NCBI GenBank assembly: GCA_964016885.1
Contig: OZ024741.1
Location: 393,948,001-394,012,000 of the forward strand
Direction: 5' to 3'
DNA from: Eledone cirrhosa
Taxonomy: Eukaryota
DNA length: 64,000 nucleotides
The position numbers and the translations under genes were made by a program. The notes beneath the pieces were generated by a model. The model had not been told where the DNA came from. It did no database searches and saw only the letters and a program-made list of their open reading frames with translations. This document shows positions 48,001 to 62,660 of this stretch, piece after piece. Each line of letters opens with the position of its first letter. The first letter of the stretch is position 1.

Positions 48001-51000
48001 GTGAAGTATTAGATTGTAAACAATATTAAAACATGTGAAGTATTATATTGTAAACAATATTAAAACATGTGTAGAATTATATTGTAAACAATATTAACAC
48101 ATGTAAAGTATTATATTGTAAACAATATTAAAACATGTGAAGTATTGTATAGTAAACAATATTAACACATGTAAAGTATTATATTGTAAACAATATTAAA
48201 ACATGTGAAGTATTATATCATAAACAATATTAACGCATGTGAAGTATTATATTGTAAACAATATTAACACATGTGAAGTATTATATCATAAACAATATTA
48301 AAACATGTGAAGTATTATATTGTAAACAATATTAACACATGTAAAGTATTATATTGTAAACAATATTAAAACATGTGAAGTATTATATCATAAACAATAT
48401 TAACGCATGTGAAGTATTATATTGGAAACAATATTAAAACATGTGAAGTATTATATCATAAACAATATTAAAACATGTGAAGTATTATATTGTAGACAAT
48501 ATTAAAACATGTGAAGTATTATATTGTAAACAATATTAACGCATGTGAAGTATTATATTGTAAACAATATTAAAACATGTGAAGTATTTCATCATAAACA
48601 ATATTAACGCATGTGAAGTATTATATTGTAAACAATATTAAAACATGTGAAGTATTATATCATAAACAATATTAAAACAAGTGAAGTATTATATTGTAAA
48701 CAATATTAACGCATGTGAAGTATTATATTGTAAACAATATTAAAACATGTGAAGTATTATATCATAAACAATATTAACGCATGTGAAGTATTATATTGTA
48801 AACAATATTAAAACATGTGAAGTATTATATCATAAACAATATTAACACATGTGAAGTATTATATCATAAACAATATTAAAACATGTGAAGTATTATACTG
48901 TAAACAATATTAAAACATGTGAAGTATTATATTGTAAACAATAATAAAACATGTGAAGTATTATATTGTAAACAATATTAAAACATGTGAAGTATTATAT
49001 TGTAAACAATATTAAAACATGTGTAGAATTATATTGTAAACAATATTAACACATGTAAAGTATTATATTGTAAACAATATTAAAACATGTGAAGTATTGT
49101 ATAGTAAACAATATTAACACATGTAAAGTATTATATTGTAAACAATATTAAAACATGTGAAGTATTATATCATAAACAATATTAACGCATGTGAAGTATT
49201 ACATTGTAAACAATATTAACACATGTGAAGTATTATATCATAAACAATATTAAAACATGTGAAGTATTATATTGTAAACAATATTAACACATGTAAAGTA
49301 TTATATTGTAAACAATATTAAAACATGTGAAGTATGATATCATAAACAATATTAACGCATGTGAAGTATTATATTATAAACAATATTAAAACATGTGAAG
49401 TATTATATCATAAACAATATTAACACATGTGAAGTATTATATCATAAACAATATTAAAACATGTGAAGTATTATATTGTAAACAATATTAAAACATGTGA
49501 AGTATTATATTGTAAACAATATTAAAACATGTGAAGTATTATATTGTAAACAATATTAAAACATGTAAAGTATTATATTGTAAACAATATTAACACATGT
49601 GAAGTATTATATCATAAACAATATTAACACATGTGAAGTATTATATTGTAAACAATATTAAAACATGTGAAGTATTATATTGTAAACAATATTAATACAT
49701 GTGAAGTATTATATTGAAAACAATATTAACACATGTAAAGTAATATATTGTAAACAATATTAAAACATGTGAAGTATTATATTGTAGACAATATTAACAC
49801 ATGTGAAGTATTATATGGTAAACAATATTAAAACATGTGAAGTATTATATTTTAAACAATATTAACACATGTGAAGTATTATATTGTAAACAATATTAAA
49901 ACAAGTGAAGTATTATGTCATAAACAATATTAACACATGTGAATTATTATATTGAAAACAATATTAACACATGTGAAGTATTATATCATAAACAATATTA
50001 AAACATGTGAAGTATTATATTGTAAACAATATTAACACATGTGAAGTATTATATTGTAAACAATATTAAAACATGTGAAGTATTATATCATAAACAATAT
50101 TAACACATGTGAAGTATTATATAATAAACAATCTTAAAACATGTGAAGTATTATACTGTAAACAATATTAAAACATGTGAAGCATTATATTGTAAACAAT
50201 AATAAAACATGTGAAGTATTATATTGTAAACAATATTAAAACATGTGAAGTATTATATTGTAAACAATATTAAAACATGTGTAGAATTATATTGTAAACA
50301 ATATTAACACATGTAAAGTATTATATTGTAAACAATATTAAAACATGTGAAGTATTGTATAGTAAACAATATTAACACATGTAAAGTATTATATTGTAAA
50401 CAATATTAAAACATGTGAAGTATTATATCATAAACAATATTAACGCATGTGAAGTATTATATTGTAAACAATATTAACACATGTGATGTATTATATCATA
50501 AACAATATTAAAACATGTGAAGTATTATATTGTAAACAATATTAACACATGTAAAGTATTATATTGTAAACAATATTAAAACATGTGAAGTATTATATCA
50601 TAAACAATATTAACGCATGTGAAGTATTATATTGTAAACAATATTAAAACATGTGAAGTATTATATCATAAACAATATTAAAACATGTGAAGTATTATAT
50701 CATAAACAATATTAACGCATGTGAAGTATTATATTGTAAACAATATTAAAACATGTGAAGTATTATATCATAAACAATATTAAAACATGTGAAGTATTAT
50801 ATTGTAAACAATATTAACGCATGTGAAGTATTATATTGTAAACAATATTAAAACATGTGAAGTATTATATCATAAACAATATTAACGCATGTGAAGTATT
50901 ATATTGTAAACAATATTAAAACATGTGAAGTATTATATCATAAACAATATTAACACATGTGAAGTATTATATCATAACCAATCTTAAAACATGTGAAGTA

Positions 51001-54000
51001 TTATACTGTAAACAATATTAAAACATGTGAAGCATTATATTGTAAACAATAATAAAACATGTGAAGTATTATATTGTAAACAATATTAAAACATGTGAAG
51101 TATTATATTGTAAACAATATTAAAACATGTGTAGAATTATATTGTAAACAATATTAACACATGTAAAGTATTATATTGTAAACAATATTAAAACATGTGA
51201 AGTATTGTATAGTAAACAATATTAACACATGTAAAGTATTATATTGTAAACAATATTAAAACATGTGAAGTATTATACCATAAACAATATTAACGCATGT
51301 GAAGTATTATATTGTAAACAATATTAACACATGTGAAGTATTATATCATAAACAATATTAAAACATGTGAAGTATTATATTGTAAACAATATTAACACAT
51401 GTAAAGTATTATATTGTAAACAATATTAAAACATGTGAAGTATTATATCATAAACAATATTAACGCATGTGAAGTATTATATTGTAAACAATATTAAAAC
51501 ATGTGAAGTATTATATCATAAACAATATTAAAACATGTGAAGTATTATATTGTAAACAATATTAACGCATGTGAAGTATTATATTGTAAACAATATTAAA
51601 ACATGTGAAGTATGATATCATAAACAATATTAACGCATGTGAAGTATTATATTATAAACAATATTAAAACATGTGGAGTATTATATCATAAACAATATTA
51701 ACACATGTGAAGTATTATATCATAAACAATATTAAAACATGTGAAGTATTATATTGTAAACAATATTAAAACATGTGAAGTATTATATTGTAAACAATAT
51801 TAAAACAGGTGAAGTATTATATTGTAAACAATATTAAAACATGTGAAGTATTATATTGTAAACAATATTAACGCATGTGAAGTATTATATCATAAACAAT
51901 ATTAACACATGTGAAGTATTATATTGTAAACAATATTAAAACATGTGAAGTATTATATTGTAAACAATATTAAAACATGTGAAGTATTATATTGAAAACA
52001 ATATTAACACATGTAAAGTAATATATTGTAAACAATATTAAAACATGTGAAGTATTATATTGTAGACAATATTAACACATGTGAAGTATTATATGGTAAA
52101 CAATATTAAAACATGTGAAGTATTATATTTTAAACAATATTAACACATGTGAAGTATTATATTGTAAACAATATTAAAACAAGTGAAGTATTATGTCATA
52201 AACAATATTAACACATGTGAATTATTATATTGAAAACAATATTAACACATGTGAAGTATTATATCATAAACAATATTAAAACATGTGAAGTATTATATTG
52301 TAAACAATATTAACACATGTGAAGTATTATATTGTAAACAATATTAAAACATGTGAAGTATTATATCATAAACAATATTAACGCATGTGAAGTATTATAT
52401 CATAAACAATATTAAAACATGTGAAGTATTATATTGTAAACAATATTAACGCATGTGAAGTATTATATTGTAAACAATATTAAAACATGTGAGGTATTAT
52501 ATCATAAACAATATTAACGCATGTGAAGTATTATATTGTAAACAATATTAAAACATGTGAAGTATTATATCATAAACCATATTAACACATGTGAAGTATT
52601 ATATCATAAACAATATGAACACATGTGAAGTATTATATCATAAACAATATTAAAACATGTGAAGTATTATATTGTAAACAATATTAAAACATGTCAGGTA
52701 TTATATTTTAAACAATATTAACACATGTGAAGTATTATATTGTAAACAATATTAAAACATGTGAAGTATTATATTGTAAACAATATTAACACATGTGAAG
52801 TATTATATTGTAAACAATATTAACACATGTGAAGTATTATATTGTAAACAATATTAAAACATGTGAAGTATTATATTGTAAACAATATTAACACATGTAA
52901 AGTATTATATTGTAAACAATAGTAAAACATTTGAAGTATGATATCATAAACAATATTAACACATGTGAAGTATTATATTGTAAACAATATTAAAACTTGT
53001 GAAATATTATATTGTAAACAATATTAAAACATGTGAATTATTATATTGTAAACAATATTAACACATGTGAAGTATTATATTGCAAACAATATTAAAACAT
53101 GTGAAGTATTATATTGTAAACAATATTAACACATGTGAAGTATTATATTGTAAACAATATTAACACATGTGAAGTATGATATCATAAACAATATTAACGC
53201 ATGTGAAGTATTATATTATAAACAATATTAAAACATGTGAGGTATTATATCATAAACAATATTAACACATGTGAAGTATTACATCATAAACAATATTAAA
53301 ACATGTGAAGTATTATATTGTAGACAATATTAAAACATGTGAAGTATTATATTGTAAACAATATTAACGCATGTGAAGTATTATATTGTAAACAATATTA
53401 AAACATGTGAAGTATTTCATCATAAACAATATTAAAGCATGTGAAGTATTATATTGTAAACAATATTAAAACATGTGAAGTATTATATTGTAAACAATAT
53501 TAACGCATGTGAAGTATTATAGTGTAAACAATATTAAAACATGTGAAGTATTATATCATAAACAATATTAACGCATGTGAAGTATTATATTGTAAACAAT
53601 ATTAAAACATGTGAAGTATTATATCATAAACAATATTAACACATGTGAAGTATTATTTCATAAACAATATTAAAACATGTGAAGTATTATACTGTAAACA
53701 ATATTAAAACATGTGAAGTATTATATTGTAAACAATAATAAAACATGTGAAGTATTAGATTGTAAACAATATTAAAACATGTGAAGTATTATATTGTAAA
53801 CAATATTAAAACATGTGTAGAATTATATTGTAAACAATATTAACACATGTAAAGTATTATATTGTAAACAATATTAAAACATGTGAAGTATTGTATAGTA
53901 AACAATATTAACACATGTAAAGTATTATATTGTAAACAATATTAAAACATGTGAAGTATTATATCATAAACAATATTAACGCATGTGAAGTATTATATTG

Positions 54001-56000
54001 TAAACAATATTAACACATGTGAAGTATTATATCATAAACAATATTAAAACATGTGAAGTATTATATTGTAAACAATATTAACACATGTAAAGTATTATAT
54101 TGTAAACAATATTAAAACATGTGAAGTATTATATCATAAACAATATTAACGCATGTGAAGTATTATATTGGAACCAATATTAAAACATGTGAAGTATTAT
54201 ATCATAAACAATATTAAAACATGTGAAGTATTATATTGTAGACAATATTAAAACATGTGAAGTATTATATTGTAAACAATATTAACGCATGTGAAGTATT
54301 ATATTGTAAACAATATTAAAACATGTGAAGTATTTCATCATAAACAATATTAACGCATGTGAAGTATTATATTGTAAACAATATTAAAACATGTGAAGTA
54401 TTATATCATAAACAATATTAAAACAAGTGAAGTATTATATTGTAAACAATATTAACGCATGTGAAGTATTATATTGTAAACAATATTAAAACATGTGAAG
54501 TATTATATCATAAACAATATTAACGCATGTGAAGTATTATATTGTAAACAATATTAAAACATGTGAAGTATTATATCATAAACAATATTAACACATGTGA
54601 AGTATTATATCATAAACAATATTAAAACATGTGAAGTATTATACTGTAAACAATATTAAAACATGTGAAGTATTATATTGTAAACAATAATAAAACATGT
54701 GAAGTATTATATTGTAAACAATATTAAAACATGTGAAGTATTATATTGTAAACAATATTAAAACATGTGTAGAATTATATTGTAAACAATATTAACACAT
54801 GTAAAGTATTATATTGTAAACAATATTAAAACATGTGAAGTATTGTATAGTAAACAATATTAACACATGTAAAGTATTATATTGTAAACAATATTAAAAC
54901 ATGTGAAGTATTATATCATAAACAATATTAACGCATGTGAAGTATTATATTGTAAACAATATTAACACATGTGAAGTATTATATCATAAACAATATTAAA
55001 ACATGTGAAGTATTATATTGTAAACAATATTAACACATGTAAAGTATTATATTGTAAACAATATTAAAACTTGTGAAGTATTATATCATAAACAATATTA
55101 ACGCATGTGAAGTATTATATTGTAAACAATATTAAAACATGTGAAGTATTATATCATAAACAATATTAAAACATGTGAAGTATTATATTGTAAACAATAT
55201 TAACGCATGTGAAGTATTATATTGTAAACAATATTAAAACATGTGAAGTATGATATCATAAACAATATTAACGCATGTGAAGTATTATATTATAAACAAT
55301 ATTAAAACATGTGAAGTATTATATCATAAACAATATTAACACATGTGAAGTATTATATCATAAACAATATTAAAACATGTGAAGTATTATATTGTAAACA
55401 ATATTAAAACATGTGAAGTATTATATTGTAAACAATATTAAAACATGTGAAGTATTATATTGTAAACAATATTAAAACATGTAAAGTATTATATTGTAAA
55501 CAATATTAACACATGTGAAGTATTATATCATAAACAATATTAACACATGTGAAGTATTATATTGTAAACAATATTAAAACATGTGAAGTATTATATTGTA
55601 AACAATATTAATACATGTGAAGTATTATATTGAAAACAATATTAACACATGTAAAGTAATATATTGTAAACAATATTAAAACATGTGAAGTATTATATTG
55701 TAGACAATATTAACACATGTGAAGTATTATATGGTAAACAATATTAAAACATGTGAAGTATTATATTTTAAACAATATTAACACATGTGAAGTATTATAT
55801 TGTAAACAATATTAAAACAAGTGAAGTATTATGTCATAAACAATATTAACACATGTGAATTATTATATTGAAAACAATATTAACACATGTGAAGTATTAT
55901 ATCATAAACAATATTAAAACATGTGAAGTATTATATTGTAAACAATATTAACACATGTGAAGTATTATATTGTAAACAATATTAAAACATGTGAAGTATT
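45020..56000. repeat. About 5.1-kb block (about 45020-50090) repeated at about 50730-56000 (offset 5,712-5,916)
   Basis: Offset 5712 = 168x34 for GTAGAA 45419/51131, GTGGAG 45961/51673, CAGG 46094/51806 and GTCAGG 46981/52693. Offset 5746 for AGAT 48011/53757 and GTAGAA 49023/54769. Offset 5916 for ATACAT 49695/55611. Confidence 0.92.
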
Positions 56001-59000
56001 ATATCATAAACAATATTAACGCATGTGAAGTATTATATCATAAACAATATTAAAACATGTGAAGTATTATATCATAAACAATATTAACGCATGTGAAGTA
56101 TTATATTGTAAACAATATTAAAACATGTGAAGTATTATATCATAAACCATATTAACACATGTGAAGTATTATATCATAAACAATATGAACACATGTGAAG
56201 TATTATATCATAAACAATATTAAAACATGTGAAGTATTATATTGTAAACAATATTAAAACATGTCAGGTATTATATTTTAAACAATATTAACACATGTGA
56301 AGTATTATATTGTAAACAATATTAAAACATGTGAAGTATTATATTGTAAACAATATTAACACATGTGAAGTATTATATTGTAAACAATATTAACACATGT
56401 GAAGTATTATATTGCAAACAATATTAAAACATGTGAAGTATTATATTGTAAACAATATTAACACATGTGAAGTATTATATTGTAAACAATATTAACACAT
56501 GTGAAGTATGATATCATAAACAATATTAACGCATGTGAAGTATTATATTATAAACAATATTAAAACATGTGAAGTATTATATCATAAACAATATTAACAC
56601 ATGTGAAGTATTATATCATAAACAATATTAAAACATGTGAAGTATTATATTGTAAACAATATTAAAACATGTGAAGTATTATATTGTAAACAATATTAAA
56701 ACATGTGAAGTATTATATTGTAAACAATATTAAAACATGTGAAGTATTATATTGTAAACAATATTAACGCATGTGAAGTATTATATCATAAACAATATTA
56801 ACACATGTGAAGTATTATATTGTAAACAATATTAAAACGTGAAGTATTATATTGTAAACAATATTAACACATGTAAAGTATTATATTGTAAACAATATTA
56901 AAACATGTGAAGTATTATATTGTAAACAATATTAAAACATGTGAAGTATTATATTGAAAACAATATTAACACATGTAAAGTAATATATTGTAAACAATAT
57001 TAAAACATGTGAAGTATTATATTGTAGACAATATTAACACATGTGAAGTATTATATGGTAAACAATATTAAAACATGTGAAGTATTATATTTTAAACAAT
57101 ATTAACACATGTGAAGTATTATATTGTAAACAATATTAAAACATGTGAAGTATTTTGTCATGAACAATATTAACACATGTGAAGTATTATATTGAAAACA
57201 ATATTAACACATGTGAAGTATTATATCATAAACAATATTAAAACATGTGAATTATTATATTGTAAACAATATTAACACATGTGAAGTATTATATTGTAAA
57301 CAATATTAAAACATGTGAAGTATTATATCATACACAATATTAACGCATGTGAAGTATTATATCATAAACAATATTAAAACATGTGAAGTATTATATTGTA
57401 AACAATATTAACGCATGTGAAGTATTATATTGTAAACAATATTAAAACATGTGAAGTATTATATCATAAACAATATTAACGCATGTGAAGTATTATATTG
57501 TAAACAATATTAAAACATGTGAAGTATTATATCATAAACCATATTAACACATGTGAAGTATTATATCATAAAGAATATGAACACATGTGAAGTGTTATAT
57601 CATAAACAATATTAAAACATGTGAAGTATTATATTGTAAACAATATTAAAACATGTCAGGTATTATATTGTAAACAATATTAACACATGTGAAGTATTAT
57701 ATTGTAAACAATATTAAAACATGTGAAGTATTATATTGTAAACAATATTAACACATGTGAAGTATTATATTGTAAATAATATTAACACATGTGAAGTATT
57801 ATATTGTAAACAATATTAAAACATGTGAAGTATTATATTGTAAACAATATTAACACATGTAAAGTATTATATTGTAAACAATAGTAAAACATTTGAAGTA
57901 TGATATCATAAACAATATTAACACATGTGAATTATTATATTGTAAACAATATTAAAACATGTGAAATATTATATTGTAAACAATATTAAAACATGTGAAT
58001 TATTATATTGTAAACAATATTAACACATGTGAAGTATTATATTGTAAACAATATTAAAACATGTGAAGTATTATATTGTAAACAATATTAACACATGTGA
58101 AGTATTATATTGTAAACAATATTAACACATGTGAAGTATTATATTGTAAACAATATTAAAACATGTGAAGTATTATATTGTAAACAATATTAACACATGT
58201 AAAGTATTATATTGTAAACAATATTAAAACATGTGAAATATTATATCATAAACAATATTAACACATGTGAAGTATTATATTGTAAACAATATTAAAACAT
58301 GTGAAGTATTATATTGTAAACAATATTAAAACATGTGAAGTATTATATTGTAAACAATATTAACACATGTAAAGGATTATATTGTAAACAATATTAAAAC
58401 ATGTGAGGTATTATATCATAAACAATATTAACACATGTGAATTATTATATGGTAAACAATATTAAAACATGTGAAGTATTATATTGTAAACAATATTAAA
58501 ACATGTGAAGTATTATATTGTAAACAATATTAAAACATGTGAAGTATTATATCATAAACAATATTAAAACATGTGAAGTATTATATTGTAAGCAATATTA
58601 ACACATGTGAAGTATTATATTGTAAACAATATTAACACATGTGAAGTATTATATCATAAACAATATTAAAACATGTGAAGTATTATATTGTAAACAATAT
58701 TAACACATGTAAAGTATTATATTGTAAACAATATTAAAACATGTGAAGTATTATATCATAAACAATATTAACACATGTGAAGTATTATATGGTAAACAAT
58801 ATTAAAACATGTGAAGTATTATATTGTAAACAATATTAACACATGTGAATTATTATATTGTAAACAATATTAACACATGTGAAGTATTATATTGTAAACA
58901 ATATTAAAACATGTGAAGTATTATATTGTAAACAATATTAACACATGTGAAGTATTATATTGTAAACAATATTAACACATGTGAAGTATTATATTGTAAA

Positions 59001-59249
59001 CAATATTAAAACATGTGAAGTATTATATTGTAAACAATATAAACACATGTAAAGTATTATATTGTAAACAATATTAACACATGTGAAGTATTATTTCATA
59101 AACAATATTAACACATGTGAAGTATTATATTGTAAACAATATTAAAACATGTGAAGTATAATATTGTAAACAATATTAACACATGTAAAGTATTATATTG
59201 TAAACAATATTAAATCATGTGAAGTATTGTATCGTAAACAATATTAAAA

Positions 59250-62200
59250 CATGTGAAGTATTATATTGTAAACAATATTAAAACATGTGAAGTATTATAT
59301 CATAAACAATATTAAAACATGTGAAGTATCATATTGTAAACAATATTAACGCATGTGAAGTATTATATTGTAAACAATATTAAAACATGTGAAGTATCAT
59401 ATCATAAACAATATTAACGCATGTGAAGTATTATATTATAAACAATATTAAAACATGTGAGTATTATATCATATACAATATTAACACATGTTAATTATTA
59501 TATCATAAACAATATTAAAACATGTGAAGTATTATACTGTAAACAATATTAAAACATGTGAAGTATTATATTGTAAACAATATTAAAACATGTGAAGTAT
59601 TATATTGTAAACAATATTAAAACATGTGAAGTATTATATTGTAAACAATATTAACGCATGTGAAGTATTATATCATAAACAATATTAACACATGTGAAGT
59701 ATTATATTGTAAACAATATTAAAACGTGAAGTATTATATTGTAAACAATATTAACACATGTAAAGTATTATATTGTAGACAATATTAAAACATGTGAAGC
59801 ATTATATTGTAAACAATATTAAAACATGTGAAGTATTATATTGAAAACAATATTAACACATGTAAAGTATTATATTGTAAACAATATTAAAACATGTGAA
59901 GTATTATATTGTAAACAATATTAACGCATGTGAAGTATTATATTGTAAACAATATTAAAACATGTGAAGTATTATATCATAAACAATATTAACACATGTG
60001 AAGTATTATATCATAAACAATATTAAAACAAGTGAAGTATTATATTGTAAATAATATTAAAACATGTGAAGTATTATGTCATAAACAATATTAACACATG
60101 TGAAGTATTATATTGTAAACAATATTAACACATGTGAAGTATTATATCATAAACAATATTAAAACATGTGAAGTATTATATTGTAAACAATATTAACACA
60201 TGTGAAGTATTATATTGTAAACAATATTAAAACATGTGAAGTATTATATCATAAACAATATTAACGCATGTGAAGTATTATATTGTAAACAATATTAAAA
60301 CATGTAAAGTATTATATCATAAACAATATTAACGCATGTGAAGTATTATATTGTAAACAATATTAAAACATGTGAAGTATTATATCATAAACAATATTAA
60401 CACATGTGAAGTATTATATCATAAACAATATTAAAACATGTGAAGTATTATATTGTAAACAATATTAACGCATGTGATGTATTATATTGTAAACAATATT
60501 AAAACATGTGAAGTATTATATCATAAACAATATTAACGCATGTGAAGTATTACATTGTAAACAATATTAAAACATGTGAAGTATTATATCATAAACAATA
60601 TTAACACATGTGAAGTATTATATCATAAACAATATTAACACATGTGAAGTATTATATCATAAACAATATTAAAACATGTGAAGTATTATATTGTAAACAA
60701 TATTAAAAAAAGTGAGGTATTATATTGTAAACAATATTAACACATGTGAAGTATTATATTGTAAACAATATTAAAACATGTGAAGTATTATATTGTAAAC
60801 AATATTAACACATGTGAAGTATTATATTGTAAACAATATTAACACATGTGAAGTATTATATTGTAAACAATATTAAAACATGTGAAGTATTATATTGTAA
60901 ACAATATTAACACATGTAAAGTATTATATTGTAAACAATAGTAAAACATGTGAAGTATGATATCATAAACAATATTAACACATGTGAAGTATTATATTGT
61001 AAACAATATTAAAACATGTGAAATATTATACTGTAAACAATATTAAAACATGTGAATTATTATATTGTAAACAATATTAACACATGTGAAGTATTATATT
61101 GTAAACAATATTAACACATGTGAAGTATTATATTGTAAACAATATTAACACATGTGAAGTATTATATTGTAAACAATATTAAAACATGTGAAGTATTATA
61201 TTGTAAACAATATTAACACATGTAAAGTATTATATTGTAAACAATATTAAAACATGTGAAATATTATATCATAAACAATATTGACACATGTGAAGTATTA
61301 TATTGTAAACTATATTAAAACATGTGAAGTATTATATTGTAAACAATATTAAAACATGTGAAGTATTATATTGTAAACAATATTAACACATGTAAAGGAT
61401 TATATTGTAAACGTACTATATCATAAACAATATTAAAACATGTGAAGTATTATATTGTAAACAATATTAACACATGTGAAGTATTATATTGTAAACAATA
61501 TTAACACATGTGAAGTATTATATTGTAAACAATATTAAAACATGTGAAGTATTATATTGTAAACAATATAAACACATGTAAAGTATTATATTGTAAACAA
61601 TATTAACACATGTGAAGTATTATATCATAAACAATATTAACACATGTGAAGTATTATATTGTAAACAATATTAAAACATGTGAAGTATTATATTGTAAAC
61701 AATATTAAAACATGTGAAGTATTATATTGTAAACAATATTAACGCACGTGAAGTATTATATCATAAACAATATTAACACATGTGAAGTATTATATTGTAA
61801 ACAATATTAACACATGTGAAGTATTATATTGTAAACAATATTAAAACATGTGAAGTATTATATTGTAAACAATATTAAAACATGTGAAGTATTATATTGT
61901 AAACAATATTAACGCATGTGAAGTATTATATCATAAACAATATTAACGCATGTGAAGTATTATATCATAAACAATATTAACACATGTGAAGTATTATATT
62001 GTAAACAATATTAAAACATGTGAAGTATTATATTGTAAACAATATTAACACATGTAAAGTATTATATTGTAAACAATATTAAAACATGTGAAGTATTATA
62101 TTGTAAACAATATTAAAACATGTGAAGTATTATATTGTAAACAATATTAACACATGTAAAGTATTATATTGTAAACAATATTAAAACATGTGAAGTATTA

Positions 62201-62660
62201 TATTGTAAACAATATTAAAACATGTGAAGTATTATATCATAAACAATATTAACGCATGTGAAGTATTATATTGTAAACAATATTAAAACATGTGAAGTAT
62301 TATATCATAAACAATATTAAAACATGTGAAGTATCATATTGTAAACAATATTAACGCATGTGAAGTATTATATTGTAAACAATATTAAAACATGTGAAGT
62401 ATCATATCATAAACAATATTAACGCATGTGAAGTATTATATTATAAACAATATTAAAACATGTGAAGTATTATATCATATACAATATTAACACATGTTAA
62501 TTATTATATCATAAAGAATATTAAAACATGTGAAGTATTATACTGTAAACAATATTAAAACATGTGAAGTATTATATTGTAAACAATATTAAAACATGTG
62601 AAGTATTATATTGTAAACAATATTAAAACATGTGAGGTATTATATTGTAAACAATATTAA
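59250..62660. repeat. Short (about 0.4 kb) block at about 59250-59660 repeated at about 62260-62660
   Basis: ATATAC 59471/62477 and TTAATT (CATGTTAATTATT variant) 59491/62497 are offset by 3006 = 89x34 - 20, which matches the intervening 2-bp and 18-bp deletions. Confidence 0.8.
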
